From an uncultured Bacteroides sp. (GTDB taxonomy: Bacteria; Bacteroidota; Bacteroidia; Bacteroidales; Bacteroidaceae): DNA of 64,000 nt. Location: assembly GCA_947074235.1 (NCBI GenBank), contig CAMTOV010000001.1:25744-89743 (forward strand), in the 5' to 3' direction. The position numbers and the translations under genes are program-made. The notes under the pieces are model-generated. The model was not told the DNA's origin. It saw only the letters and a list, made by a program, of their open reading frames with translations, and did not search any database. Positions 49,317-59,504 of this stretch are shown piece after piece (the stretch's first letter is position 1; the number at the start of each line of letters is the position of its first letter).

Positions 49317-49610
49317 ATGGATGTTGAAAAACAATTAACAGACTTGGCCGAAACTAATTATCTGGTATTTATTTTCTTTTATGCAGATTGGTGTCCGCAT
49401 TATGAATGGATACAAGAAGCTTTGGATACCTACGAAAAGAGAACGGTAAAATATGTTCAGGTGAACATTGAAGAAAATAAAATGCTTGCCGACTCATATA
49501 ATGTAGAGAGTGTACCAACTTTTATCTTAATGCATCATAAGTATGAATTATGGCGTAAGATAAGCGATATTACTATCGATGAGTTAAGATTGGTATTGAG
49601 TGAGTTTTGA
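49317..49610 (+). CDS. Thioredoxin-fold protein with atypical active site (WCPHY)
   Basis: FYADWCPH, VNIEEN…LA..YNVESVPTFIL. The second Cys is absent. Confidence 0.8.
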   Translation: MDVEKQLTDLAETNYLVFIFFYADWCPHYEWIQEALDTYEKRTVKYVQVNIEENKMLADSYNVESVPTFILMHHKYELWRKISDITIDELRLVLSEF

Positions 49611-49636
49611 AATGAGCTTAACAATACTGACAAATA

Positions 49637-49677
49637 AAAAAGGGTTGTAAGATGAAAAAACATCTACAACCCTTTTT
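49637..49677. terminator. Bidirectional terminator
   Basis: AAAAAGGGTTGTA / TACAACCCTTTTT. Confidence 0.82.
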
Positions 49678-49692
49678 AGGTAATATTGAAAT

Positions 49693-51357
49693 CTAATAAG
49701 CTTCGTCATGAACACCCTTCACGGCTCTACCGCTTGGGTCGTTTTGTCCTTGGAATGAAGCATCCCAGGCAAGTGCTTCGGGTGTAGAGCAAGCTACACT
49801 AGGCACACTAGGCACACTCTTAGCTGCACTTTCACTAGGGAAGTGTTCCTCAAAAATTGAACGATAGTAGTACTCTTCTTTGTTCATTGGAGTATTGATA
49901 GGGAAGCGTTCTGCAGCTTTCGCCATTTGCTCATCGCTTACAGCTGCCGAAGTAACCTCTTTCAAAGTATCAATCCAGCTATAACCTACGCCGTCACTGA
50001 ATTGCTCTTTTTGTCTCCAAGCCACACTTTCGGGCAACATATCAGCAAATGCTTCACGAACAATCTTCTTTTCGATTACTTTGCCAGGAGCCATTTTTGC
50101 TTCAGGATTGGTGCGCATAGCTACATCAAGAAATTCTTTATCTAAGAATGGTACACGTCCTTCAACACCCCATGCAGATAAACTCTTATTGGCACGAAGA
50201 CAATCATACATGTGTAGTTTAGACAACTTACGCACGGTTTCTTCATGGAAAGCTTTTGCATTAGGGGCTTTGTGGAAATATAGGTATCCACCAAATATTT
50301 CATCAGCACCTTCTCCACTCAATACCATTTTGATACCCATAGACTTGATGACACGAGCCAACAAATACATAGGAGTAGATGCGCGAACAGTAGTTACATC
50401 ATAAGTTTCTATAAAGTAAATCACATCGCGAATAGCATCCAAACCTTCTTGAATAGTATAATTGATTTCATGATGAACTGTGCCGATATAACTTGCTACT
50501 TCACGAGCTTTGATTAAATCAGGAGCATTTTCCAAACCTACAGCAAAAGAGTGAAGTTGTGGCCACCAAGCACCACTGGCACCATCGTTTTCTATACGGC
50601 GAGATGCATATTTTTTAGCAACAGCTGATATTACTGATGAATCAAGACCACCACTTAGCAATACACCATAAGGCACATCACTCATCAATTGTCTTTGCAC
50701 TGCATCTTCCAATGAATCGTGGATAGCATCTACGCTAGCTTCATTATCTTTTACAGCATCATATTCCATCCAGTCGCGATTATACCAACGCTTCATTTCA
50801 CCCTCTTTACTGTAATAGTAGTGTCCAGGTAGGAATGGTTCGTAGCTTTCGCAAAAACCTTCAAGCGCCTTTAGCTCACTACCAAAATAGACTTTGCCAT
50901 CAGCGTCTTTACCAATATATAATGGAATAACTCCTATAGGGTCTCTTGCAATCAAGAATTCATCCTTTTCTTCATCATAAAGGGCAAAAGCAAAAATACC
51001 GCTAAGATCTTCTAAGAAATCGATTCCTTTATCTTTGTATAAAGCAAGAATTACTTCGCAGTCACTACCTGTTTGGAAGTGATATCTTTGAGCATATTTA
51101 TTACGAATCTCTCTGTGATTGTATATTTCACCATTCACAGCTAAGATTTGTTTCTTATCTGGTGAGTAAAGAGGCTGACCACCGCTCTTTGGGTCTACAA
51201 TAGATAGACGCTCGTGAGCTAGAATTGCACTTCCACCACAATAAATTCCACTCCAGTCTGGCCCGCGATGACGTATCTTCTGAGCCATGCCTAACGCTTT
51301 TTTCCTAAGTTCAGGTGTTTGCGTTTTTATATTTAATATACCTGCAATCCCACACAT
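49693..51357 (-). CDS. asnB: Asparagine synthetase B (glutamine-hydrolysing)
   Basis: MCGI, RHRGPDW, NGEIYN, LLSGGLDSS and SGEGADE motifs. Confidence 0.97.
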   Translation of the reverse strand: MCGIAGILNIKTQTPELRKKALGMAQKIRHRGPDWSGIYCGGSAILAHERLSIVDPKSGGQPLYSPDKKQILAVNGEIYNHREIRNKYAQRYHFQTGSDCEVILALYKDKGIDFLEDLSGIFAFALYDEEKDEFLIARDPIGVIPLYIGKDADGKVYFGSELKALEGFCESYEPFLPGHYYYSKEGEMKRWYNRDWMEYDAVKDNEASVDAIHDSLEDAVQRQLMSDVPYGVLLSGGLDSSVISAVAKKYASRRIENDGASGAWWPQLHSFAVGLENAPDLIKAREVASYIGTVHHEINYTIQEGLDAIRDVIYFIETYDVTTVRASTPMYLLARVIKSMGIKMVLSGEGADEIFGGYLYFHKAPNAKAFHEETVRKLSKLHMYDCLRANKSLSAWGVEGRVPFLDKEFLDVAMRTNPEAKMAPGKVIEKKIVREAFADMLPESVAWRQKEQFSDGVGYSWIDTLKEVTSAAVSDEQMAKAAERFPINTPMNKEEYYYRSIFEEHFPSESAAKSVPSVPSVACSTPEALAWDASFQGQNDPSGRAVKGVHDEAY

Positions 51358-51378
51358 ATAATTTAGATATTAAATGTT

Positions 51379-52722
51379 TTATTTATTTTTCAAATAAGTA
51401 TCAATTGCTTTAGCCGCTTTGCGTCCATCAGCTATTGCTCTTACTACAAGGCTAGCTCCCATTGAAGCATCACCGGCCAAAAATACATTATCTGCAAATT
51501 TGGGTTGTTCTGGTTTTAAGAATCCCATTGCTAAAAGAACCATATCGGCTTCAATAACTTCTTTTTTGCCTGTTGGCTTCATTGTCATACGTCCACCATC
51601 TGTAGCTGGTATCCATTCTACTTCTTCTATCTCTACACCGGTTACTTTACCATTCTTACCAATAAATTGGTTTGATGCTAAAGACCAACGACGTGTACAG
51701 CCTTCTTCGTGGCTTGATGTTGTTTTCAAAACAACAGGCCATTGTGGCCAAGGTGTAGCCGGATTGTGTCCAACAGGAGGTTGTGGCATGATTTCGATTT
51801 GAGTAACCTTGGTAGCTCCATGTCTTACACTTGTTCCAATACAGTCAGAACCTGTATCACCACCACCAATCACTAGCACCTTCTTGCCTTTAGCATTTAC
51901 CAATTGATCTTTAGTAAAGTTGATACCATCGAGAATGCGATTTTGTTGAGACAACATCTCTAAAGCAAAATGAACACCCTTCAAATCACGACCTGGTATA
52001 GGTAAGTCGCGAGGAGTCTCTGCTCCAGTACACAAGCAGTACGCATCAAATCCCTGAGGTAGTTTTTGTAAATCGACGCTCATACCCATTTCAAAAATGA
52101 TACCTTCAGCCTTCATCAGATTGATTCTTCTATCGATGATGTTTTTGTTCAGTTTGAAATTAGGAATACCGTAGCGCAACAAGCCACCAGGGGCTTCTGC
52201 TTTATCAAATACAGTAACTAGATATCCCATTTGGTTAAGCTGATTTGCTGTAGCCAATCCGGCAGGTCCTGCGCCAATTACTGCAACTTTCTTACCGTTT
52301 CTTGCTGGTACTCTTGGTTTGATATATCCTTCACGAAATGCTGCTTCTACGATAGCTGCTTCATTTTCACGAATGGTAACAGGTTCATCACATGAAAGTT
52401 TTAGAACACAACTTTTTTCGCATAAAGCAGGACATATTCTTCCAGTAAATTCTGGAAAATCACAAGTAGCAGAAAGTATTTCGTAAGCTTCTTGCCATTT
52501 ACCTCTATAAATAGCATCTTGCCATTCGGGTTGCTTGTTGCCAAGTGGGCATGCCCAATGACAAAATGGAACTCCGCAATCCATGCATCTAGATGCTTGT
52601 TTTTTTCTATCGTTTGTGTTGAGTGTTTGCTCAACTTCTCCAAAGTCTGTAATACGTTCGTGAACGGGGCGATATCCGGCCTCCTGACGGTGTATATTTA
52701 AAAATGCTTTTGAATCTCCCAT
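51379..52722 (-). CDS. gltD: Glutamate synthase small subunit
   Basis: RCMDCGVPFC, GRICPALCE, GAGPAG and GGGDTGSDC motifs. Confidence 0.96.
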   Translation of the reverse strand: MGDSKAFLNIHRQEAGYRPVHERITDFGEVEQTLNTNDRKKQASRCMDCGVPFCHWACPLGNKQPEWQDAIYRGKWQEAYEILSATCDFPEFTGRICPALCEKSCVLKLSCDEPVTIRENEAAIVEAAFREGYIKPRVPARNGKKVAVIGAGPAGLATANQLNQMGYLVTVFDKAEAPGGLLRYGIPNFKLNKNIIDRRINLMKAEGIIFEMGMSVDLQKLPQGFDAYCLCTGAETPRDLPIPGRDLKGVHFALEMLSQQNRILDGINFTKDQLVNAKGKKVLVIGGGDTGSDCIGTSVRHGATKVTQIEIMPQPPVGHNPATPWPQWPVVLKTTSSHEEGCTRRWSLASNQFIGKNGKVTGVEIEEVEWIPATDGGRMTMKPTGKKEVIEADMVLLAMGFLKPEQPKFADNVFLAGDASMGASLVVRAIADGRKAAKAIDTYLKNK

Positions 52723-52743
52723 TTTTTCTTTTTCTTTTATCGG

Positions 52744-55700
52744 TTAGTAATCGCGTTGCATATCAGCAATCTTCTGTTGTAATTTTTTCATTTGCTCTTC
52801 TTGCAATACTTTTTTGTATTCAATTGGCACTACTTGGATGAATTGATCCACGTAGCGACTCCAATCGTCAAGCATTGTGCGAGCCAATTTAGATCCTGTA
52901 TATAAATAGTGTTGACGAATAAGTTCGTGTAACTCTTTGCGGTAGCTAGCCTCTTCAATTAGTGAAAGCTCTACCATTTCCATGTTACAGAAGTAATCAA
53001 AGTTACCTTCCTTGTTCCACACATAAGCAACTCCACCACTCATACCGGCAGCAAAGTTTCTTCCTGTTTCACCAAGCACTACTACACGTCCGCCTGTCAT
53101 ATACTCACAACAGTGGTCACCTACACCTTCAACAACTACTATCGCACCAGAATTACGTACTGCGAAACGTTCACCAACTTTACCGTTGATATAAACCTCA
53201 CCGCTAGTGGCACCATATAAAATAGTATTACCTGCAATTGTATTTTTTTCAGCATCAAAATTACTTCTGATAGGAGGAAGTACCGCAATGCGACCGCCAC
53301 TCAAACCTTTACCAAGGTAATCATTAGCCTCTCCTTCAAGTTTGAAATTAATACCCGGTGCTAAGAATGCTCCAAATGATTGACCTGCAGATCCTTTAAA
53401 CTTAACGTTGATTGTATGTTCAGGCAATCCTTTTTGGCCATATTTTGTTGCTACAGCACCCGATAACATTGCTCCAACAGCTCTGTCGGTATTGGCAATG
53501 GTATATTCAAGAGATACTTCTTTTTGATTTTCAATAGCATCTTGTGCAGCATGTAGCATATCTACATCTTTTACATTTGATATACCGTGGTCTTGCTCAG
53601 ATACATTTCTAATAGCAGCGCTATTGTCAATGCGAGCCAACATTCTGCTAAAGTCTATTAGCTGATGTTTTTCGCATTTATCATCAGATTTACGTTCGAT
53701 TAAGTCTGTGCGACCAACGATGTCGTCCAAGCGTTCAACCCCAATTTCTGCAAGGTGTTCGCGAACCTCTTGTGCCAAGAAAGTAAAGAAGTTTACTAAG
53801 TATTCGCTACGACCGATAAAGCGTTTACGCAATTCTTCATTTTGTGTAGCAACACCCACAGGACAAGTATTCATGTGGCATTTACGCATCATTACACAGC
53901 CTAGGACGATAAGAGCAGATGTGGCAAAACCAAATTCTTCTGCACCAAGCATTGCCATCAACACAATGTCGCGGCCTGTCTTAAGTTGCCCATCCACTTG
54001 AAGCATCACTTGACCTCTTAGTCCGTTTAATACAAGTGTTTGTTGTGTTTCGCTAAGTCCTAACTCTGGTGAAATACCTGCGTAACGAATAGAAGATGCT
54101 GGTGAAGCACCAGTACCGCCTTCAGCTCCAGATATAACAATTAAGTCGGCTTTTGCCTTAGCAACACCAGCTGCAATTGTTCCTACACCTGTTTCTGCAA
54201 CTAGCTTAACACTAATCTTAGCTTTAGGATTCACGTTTTTTAAATCGAATATAAGCTGTGCTAAATCTTCGATAGAGTAAATATCGTGATGGGGTGGAGG
54301 AGAAATCAATGAAATGCCCGGAATAGAATGACGAGTTTTAGCGATAATCTTATCTACTTTATAACCCGGTAACTGACCACCTTCGCCTGGTTTAGCACCT
54401 TGTGCTACTTTAATTTGAATTTCATCTGCATTAACAAGATACTCGGCAGTTACACCAAAGCGTCCAGAAGCAACTTGCTTGATAGCACTACGCAAAGAGG
54501 TTCCATCTTCAAGAGGTAAAAATCTATCAGGATCTTCACCGCCTTCACCTGTGTTGCTACGTCCTTTAATCTTATTCATAGCAATAGCCATAGCCTCATG
54601 TGCTTCTCTACTGATAGAACCGTAACTCATTGCACCTGTTACGAAACGACGCATGATGCTTTCAACAGGTTCAACTTTATCTATGCTAATTGGGTTGCGT
54701 TTGAATGATAAGAAGTCACGCAAGAAGATTGGTGCCTTTTTATCATCAGCTAACGCTGTGTATTCTTTAAATTTCTTATAACTGCCCAAGCGAGTAGCCA
54801 ATTGCAATGTGCTGATTGTTTCAGGATTCCATGCATGTTCTTCGCCATCTTTGCGGAAACTATAAATACCTTTATTAGGAAGAATGCCTTCAATATCATC
54901 TTTCTTGAATCCTTCGCTATGCATTGCAATGGCATCATGAGCAATTTCGTCTAAACGAATACCACCTATTGTAGAGTTTAATCCACCAAAATAAGTGTTA
55001 CTCAATTCACTACTCATGCCTACCGCTTCAAATATTTTAGCTCCACGATAAGAACGAATTGTGCTGATACCCATTTTACTCATTACTTTGAATAAGCCTT
55101 TACATATCGCTTTTATATAGTTCTTTTCTGCAGTAGCATAGTCAAGTTGAATTTCCCTGTCGGCTACCTGCTTATCCAAAATAGCAAAAGCCATATATGG
55201 ATTTAAAGCACTGGCTCCAAAACCAAGAAGAAGTGCCGCGTGCATTACTTCACGTATTTCTCCACTCTCTACAATCAAGGCGGTTTGAACACGCTTTCCT
55301 ACAGAGATAAGGTGATGATGAACAGCGCTTACTGCCAATAATGAAGGAATAGCTGCATGTTTCTCATCAATATTTCTATCTGATAACACAATGTAATTTA
55401 CACCATCACTTACTGAATCTTCAGCCATTTTGCATAGATTAGCAAGAGCATCTTGCAATCCTACCTTTCCTTTTGAAGCTTCGAAAAGCATAGGAAGTTT
55501 GATGGTGTTGAATCCTTTATATCTAATGTTGCATAAGATATCAAGTTGAGTATTATTTAAGATAGGGTGGTTAAGACGAACCATCTTACAATGACCTTCA
55601 TTTGGTGTAAGAATATTCATACCTACTGCACCGATATATTCAGTCAATGACATTACAAGTTCTTCGCGTATAGGGTCAATTGGAGGATTGGTAACCTGAG

Positions 55701-57288
55701 CAAATTGTTGACGGAAGTAATTGTAAAGCAATTGAGGTTTATCAGAAAGAATAGCAAGTGGTGTGTCGTTACCCATTGAATGAATAGGCTCTGCACCAGT
55801 TGCCGCCATTGGGGTAACTGTTTTTTCTATATCTTCTCTTGAATAACCAAAAGCATTGAGTAAAGCATTATAGTTAGGAACACTTTGGCTTACCTTTCTA
55901 CCACTTTTTAGTTCGTCAAGCTCAATTCTGTTTGTAGCCAACCAAGAACGATAAGGTTTAGCAAGAGATAGCTTTTCTTTTAGTTCTCCATCATAATACA
56001 CTTCACCCTTTTCGGTATCAACCATGATTATTTTTCCAGGTTGCAAACGACCTTTCTCTTTAATATCACCAGGCTCAAAATCCATTACACCAACTTCGCT
56101 GGCCACAACCATCATGTCGTTTTTAGTAATTAAATAGCGAGCTGGGCGCAAACCATTACGGTCGAGCATACCACCCGCAAATCTACCATCGCTAAACAAC
56201 AAGGCAGCTGGACCATCCCATGGCTCCATCAATATAGAGTGGTATTCATAGAATGCTTTTAAATCTTCGCTGATTGGATTTTTTTCATTAAACGATTCTG
56301 GCACAAGCATAGACATAGCATGTGGTAAACTCAAACCAGACATAACCAAGAATTCTAATACGTTGTCCAACGATGCACTATCACTCATACCTGGTTGCAC
56401 AATAGGGTGAATCTGCTTGATGTCTCCCAATGCTGGAGATGAAAGAACACTTTCGCGAGCTTCCATCCATCCACGGTTACCACGAATAGTATTGATTTCG
56501 CCATTGTGAGCTAATAGTCTGAAAGGTTGTGCCAATCCCCAAGTAGGGAATGTATTGGTACTAAAACGAGAGTGAACTAAAGCTAGACCACTTGTAAAAT
56601 AACTGTTTGTAAGATCGGGGAAGTAGTTTCTCAATTGCATAGAAGACAACATACCTTTATATATGATGTTTTTTGCAGATAAAGAAACAATGTAAAAATC
56701 ATTATTATTAGGAATAGATGAATTTCTAACTCTATTCTCAATTTTCTTTCTAATTAAATAAAGCTTGCGTTCGGCAGACTCAGTGTCAGAAAAACCAGTA
56801 ACAAATATCTGTTTAATTTCTGGCTCATTGGCCAATGCAGATTCACCTAAAATCTCTGGGCAAGTAGGTACATTGCGCAAATGCATTAATGTTAAGCCTT
56901 CTTTCTCAATTTCTTCAATAGCTATGCTTAATATTTCAGCTTGGCTTTTGCCATTTTTGGGAAAGAAGATAAGGCCGGTACCATATTTTCCTTTTTCAGG
57001 AACAGGTATACCTTGAAGTAGAATAAATTCATGAGGAATTTGAAGCATAATACCTGCTCCATCACCTGTTTTATTATCGGCACCCTCTGCACCTCTATGG
57101 CGCATATTCTCAAGTACCTTTAACGCTGCTTCGACTATGTCGTGTGATTTCTTTCCATGAATATTAACTATCATACCTACACCACAAGCATCATGCTCGT
57201 TGGCTGAGTCGTATAAACCCATCTGATTTGGTTGTTGTTGGAATGATAGTTCTTTTGTTCTGTTGTTAAAAAGTTCTTTTTTTTTCAT
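52744..57288 (-). CDS. gltB: Glutamate synthase large subunit
   Basis: HDACGVG Ntn cysteine, HSRFSTNT, EPWDGPA, MSYGSIS, QGAKPGEGG and the CVMMRKCHMNTC 3Fe-4S motif. Confidence 0.97.
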   Translation of the reverse strand: MKKKELFNNRTKELSFQQQPNQMGLYDSANEHDACGVGMIVNIHGKKSHDIVEAALKVLENMRHRGAEGADNKTGDGAGIMLQIPHEFILLQGIPVPEKGKYGTGLIFFPKNGKSQAEILSIAIEEIEKEGLTLMHLRNVPTCPEILGESALANEPEIKQIFVTGFSDTESAERKLYLIRKKIENRVRNSSIPNNNDFYIVSLSAKNIIYKGMLSSMQLRNYFPDLTNSYFTSGLALVHSRFSTNTFPTWGLAQPFRLLAHNGEINTIRGNRGWMEARESVLSSPALGDIKQIHPIVQPGMSDSASLDNVLEFLVMSGLSLPHAMSMLVPESFNEKNPISEDLKAFYEYHSILMEPWDGPAALLFSDGRFAGGMLDRNGLRPARYLITKNDMMVVASEVGVMDFEPGDIKEKGRLQPGKIIMVDTEKGEVYYDGELKEKLSLAKPYRSWLATNRIELDELKSGRKVSQSVPNYNALLNAFGYSREDIEKTVTPMAATGAEPIHSMGNDTPLAILSDKPQLLYNYFRQQFAQVTNPPIDPIREELVMSLTEYIGAVGMNILTPNEGHCKMVRLNHPILNNTQLDILCNIRYKGFNTIKLPMLFEASKGKVGLQDALANLCKMAEDSVSDGVNYIVLSDRNIDEKHAAIPSLLAVSAVHHHLISVGKRVQTALIVESGEIREVMHAALLLGFGASALNPYMAFAILDKQVADREIQLDYATAEKNYIKAICKGLFKVMSKMGISTIRSYRGAKIFEAVGMSSELSNTYFGGLNSTIGGIRLDEIAHDAIAMHSEGFKKDDIEGILPNKGIYSFRKDGEEHAWNPETISTLQLATRLGSYKKFKEYTALADDKKAPIFLRDFLSFKRNPISIDKVEPVESIMRRFVTGAMSYGSISREAHEAMAIAMNKIKGRSNTGEGGEDPDRFLPLEDGTSLRSAIKQVASGRFGVTAEYLVNADEIQIKVAQGAKPGEGGQLPGYKVDKIIAKTRHSIPGISLISPPPHHDIYSIEDLAQLIFDLKNVNPKAKISVKLVAETGVGTIAAGVAKAKADLIVISGAEGGTGASPASSIRYAGISPELGLSETQQTLVLNGLRGQVMLQVDGQLKTGRDIVLMAMLGAEEFGFATSALIVLGCVMMRKCHMNTCPVGVATQNEELRKRFIGRSEYLVNFFTFLAQEVREHLAEIGVERLDDIVGRTDLIERKSDDKCEKHQLIDFSRMLARIDNSAAIRNVSEQDHGISNVKDVDMLHAAQDAIENQKEVSLEYTIANTDRAVGAMLSGAVATKYGQKGLPEHTINVKFKGSAGQSFGAFLAPGINFKLEGEANDYLGKGLSGGRIAVLPPIRSNFDAEKNTIAGNTILYGATSGEVYINGKVGERFAVRNSGAIVVVEGVGDHCCEYMTGGRVVVLGETGRNFAAGMSGGVAYVWNKEGNFDYFCNMEMVELSLIEEASYRKELHELIRQHYLYTGSKLARTMLDDWSRYVDQFIQVVPIEYKKVLQEEQMKKLQQKIADMQRDY

Positions 57289-57341
57289 TCTATTTAGCTT
57301 AAATGTTCAATTATACCTATTGTGTCTTTCAAAATGTCTCG

Positions 57342-57624
57342 CAAAAATAATAATTTAATTTCATTATGATATATTAAATGCATTTTTTGATAACATTATT
57401 TAAGTGTTTGGTATCGGTATGTTTATAATTGTTATAAAAATAGTGCAATATGTTTCAAAATAAAACAATATTTGCTCAAAAATAACCATCTTGTTATTGG
57501 AGTGTTTGCTCTTCATTAGAGTTACTATTATAACAAACGAAGATAAAAAAGATTTATTTCATTAGATTTATGCAAATTATTATTTCCAATTATATTTAGG
57601 TTGTCATTATAATACCTATATTTG
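57342..57624. promoter_or_regulatory. Divergent promoter region gltB / glmS
   Basis: TATTTTTG on the minus strand (57342-57349) and TATATTTG on the plus strand (57617-57624). Confidence 0.65.
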
Positions 57625-57649
57625 CATCGCAAAAAAATAAGAAATAAAT

Positions 57650-59494
57650 ATGTGTGGAATTGTAGGCTATATTGGAAGTAAACCAGCCTATCCTATCCTT
57701 GTAAAAGGTCTAAAAAGACTGGAATATCGAGGGTATGACAGTGCAGGCGTCGCATTAATAGATGATAATCAACAGTTAAACGTGTACAAAACGAAAGGAA
57801 AGGTATCTGAACTTGAGAATTTTGTTATACAAAAAAATATTTCCGGCAATATAGGTATTGCACATACTCGTTGGGCTACTCATGGCGAACCTTGTTCAGA
57901 AAATGCTCATCCTCACTTTTCTTCTTCAGAATCTCTGGCACTCATTCATAACGGCATTATTGAAAACTACGCTGTTCTTAAAGAAAAGCTTCAAGCTAAA
58001 GGATACGTTTTTAAAAGTAGTACTGATACCGAAGTTTTGGTTCAATTAATAGAGTACATCAAAATTACCAATAATTTAGATCTTCTTACAGCTGTTCAGC
58101 TAGCCTTGCAAGAGGTGATTGGTGCTTATGCAATTGCTGTGATTGAGAAAAATCATCCTGAACAAATTATAGCGGCTCGTAAAAGCAGTCCGTTGGTAGT
58201 TGGAATAGGAGATGGTGAGCTATTCTTAGCATCAGATGCAACACCAATTGTAGAATATACTGATAAAGTAGTATATTTGAATGATGAAGAGATTGCTGTC
58301 TTAAGCAATGGAACAGAATTGAAAGTTGTAAATTTGCATAACGCAGAAATTACACCTGATGTAAAAACAGTTGTAATGAACTTGGGACAATTGGAAAAAG
58401 GAGGTTATTCTCACTTTATGCTTAAGGAAATTTTTGAGCAACCAGATTGTATTCATGATTGTATGCGTGGTCGTGTAAATGTAGAGGGTACAAATGTAGC
58501 TCTTTCTGCTGTGATAGATCATAAAGAGGTGATGTTGCGTGCTAAGCGTTTTATAATAGTGGCTTGTGGAACATCATGGCATGCTGCTCTTATTGGCAAG
58601 CAACTGATAGAAAACTTCTGTAGAATACCAGTTGAGGTTGAATATGCTTCAGAATTCCGTTATAGAAATCCTGTTATAAATAATGAGGATGTAGTAATTG
58701 CTATTTCGCAAAGTGGAGAAACTGCCGATACTTTGGCTGCTGTAGAGTTGGCTAAAAGTAAAGGTGCATTTATATATGGTATTTGTAATGCAATTGGCTC
58801 TTCTATTCCACGTGCTACAAATACAGGTTCATATATTCACGTTGGTCCTGAAATTGGTGTTGCTTCTACCAAAGCTTTTACAGGACAGGTAACTGTGCTT
58901 ACTATGTTAGCTTTAACTCTTGCAAAAGAGAAAGGTACCATTAATCAAGAAGATTTCTTGGAAGTGGTGGGTGAACTGAATTCTATTCCTGAAAAGATGA
59001 AAGAGGTGCTTTTATTGAATGATAAAATAGCAGAGCTCTCTAAAATTTTCACTTATGCACACAATTTTATTTACTTAGGTCGTGGATATTCTTATCCTGT
59101 GGCTCTAGAAGGTGCATTAAAACTAAAAGAAATTTCCTATATACATGCAGAGGGTTATCCTGCTGCTGAAATGAAACATGGTCCTATCGCATTGGTAGAT
59201 GCCGAAATGCCTGTGGTTGTCATTGCTACTCACAATGCTCTTTATGAAAAAGTGCTGAGCAATATACAAGAAATAAAAGCAAGAAAAGGTAAAGTGATTG
59301 CTGTTGTAAATAAAGGCGATACAATTATTAGCAAGATTGCTGATATATGTATAGAGCTTCCTTCAACTATAGAGTGTCTAGATCCTTTAATCACTACTGT
59401 ACCACTTCAAATGTTGGCTTATCATATAGCTGTTTGTAAAGGTATGGATGTGGATCAACCACGAAATTTGGCAAAGTCTGTAACTGTAGAATAA
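57650..59494 (+). CDS. glmS: Glutamine--fructose-6-phosphate aminotransferase
   Basis: MCGIVG, LEYRGYDSAG, HTRWATHG, SQSGETADT and PRNLAKSVTVE motifs. Confidence 0.98.
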   Translation: MCGIVGYIGSKPAYPILVKGLKRLEYRGYDSAGVALIDDNQQLNVYKTKGKVSELENFVIQKNISGNIGIAHTRWATHGEPCSENAHPHFSSSESLALIHNGIIENYAVLKEKLQAKGYVFKSSTDTEVLVQLIEYIKITNNLDLLTAVQLALQEVIGAYAIAVIEKNHPEQIIAARKSSPLVVGIGDGELFLASDATPIVEYTDKVVYLNDEEIAVLSNGTELKVVNLHNAEITPDVKTVVMNLGQLEKGGYSHFMLKEIFEQPDCIHDCMRGRVNVEGTNVALSAVIDHKEVMLRAKRFIIVACGTSWHAALIGKQLIENFCRIPVEVEYASEFRYRNPVINNEDVVIAISQSGETADTLAAVELAKSKGAFIYGICNAIGSSIPRATNTGSYIHVGPEIGVASTKAFTGQVTVLTMLALTLAKEKGTINQEDFLEVVGELNSIPEKMKEVLLLNDKIAELSKIFTYAHNFIYLGRGYSYPVALEGALKLKEISYIHAEGYPAAEMKHGPIALVDAEMPVVVIATHNALYEKVLSNIQEIKARKGKVIAVVNKGDTIISKIADICIELPSTIECLDPLITTVPLQMLAYHIAVCKGMDVDQPRNLAKSVTVE

Positions 59495-59504
59495 AGATAA
59501 ATTA

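Noticed and set aside
53708-57113. Numerous antisense or alternative-frame ORFs within gltB and other housekeeping genes
   Set aside because: Shadow ORFs fully overlapping well-supported genes, with no motifs.
57289-57649. Possible glmS ribozyme upstream of glmS
   Set aside because: The promoter box lies only about 25 nt before the ATG, and no ribozyme core or GC helices are visible.
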